A DNA stretch of 64,000 nt from Lama glama (Eukaryota), in contig CM052818.1 in NCBI GenBank assembly GCA_028534125.1, positions 13,146,001-13,210,000 of the forward strand, read 5' to 3'. Made by a program: the position numbers and the translations under genes. The notes below the pieces were generated by a model. That model was not told the DNA's origin. It did no database searches and saw only the letters and a list, made by a program, of their open reading frames with translations. Shown one piece after another: positions 63,681-64,000 of the stretch. Numbering within the stretch: the first letter of the stretch is position 1; every line of letters begins with the position of its first letter.

Positions 63681-64000
63681 TTAACACAAGCTTTCATTCC
63701 CATTTTTCTTCCCTTAATTGTACTATTTTCAGCTTATCTTAGATATCAGCATTTATTCAGGAAAAGAATATAGGAATTCGGCTTGCAGGAGAAAAGAAAA
63801 TTCACCCACTGGATAATTAGCTTCTAGTCAAAGGCATTCACCTAAGTTACCTCTGACTCTCACCTACACTCTCCAAGTAGTATGGCAATCAATGGAAAAT
63901 CCTAACTCATCTTAAGACATTTATGCTGCTCTTAGTAAGTGCAGGTATCAATTGAAATGCTTTATACATATTGACTCTCCACTGTTCACAACATCCCCAT

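Overview
Mammalian genomic DNA, almost certainly camelid (alpaca/llama/camel): it carries a tRNA-Ala-derived Vic-1-type SINE at 62.4-62.5 kb and camelid-type young L1 3' ends, and I saw no Alu, B1, Bov-tA or CHR SINEs. I could not recognise any protein-coding exon, RNA gene or CpG island. The ORFs in the supplied track are L1/L2 remnants, gap artefacts or chance ORFs. A large part of the window is transposable-element debris: L1M/L1MB/L1ME, HAL1, L2, L3, MIR, MaLR/ERVL/ERV1 solo LTRs, and hAT and mariner MITEs. There is one exactly 500-N scaffold gap (24392-24891). Nearly all L1s lie on the + strand, which suggests the window is inside a large intron of a gene transcribed on the - strand; I cannot name that gene. 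I did not find a convincing novel biological system. The most interesting structures are: (i) a nested TE stack at 17.0-20.5 kb in which a two-orientation L1 composite is bracketed by a 15-bp TSD inside HAL1; (ii) a ~44-bp L1 insertion with a 17-bp TSD; (iii) a SINE with intact Pol III boxes and a downstream T7 terminator; (iv) several splice-site-defined micro-exon candidates; (v) non-B DNA motifs. Repeat family names come from my recollection of consensus sequences, not from a database search, and most boundaries are approximate.
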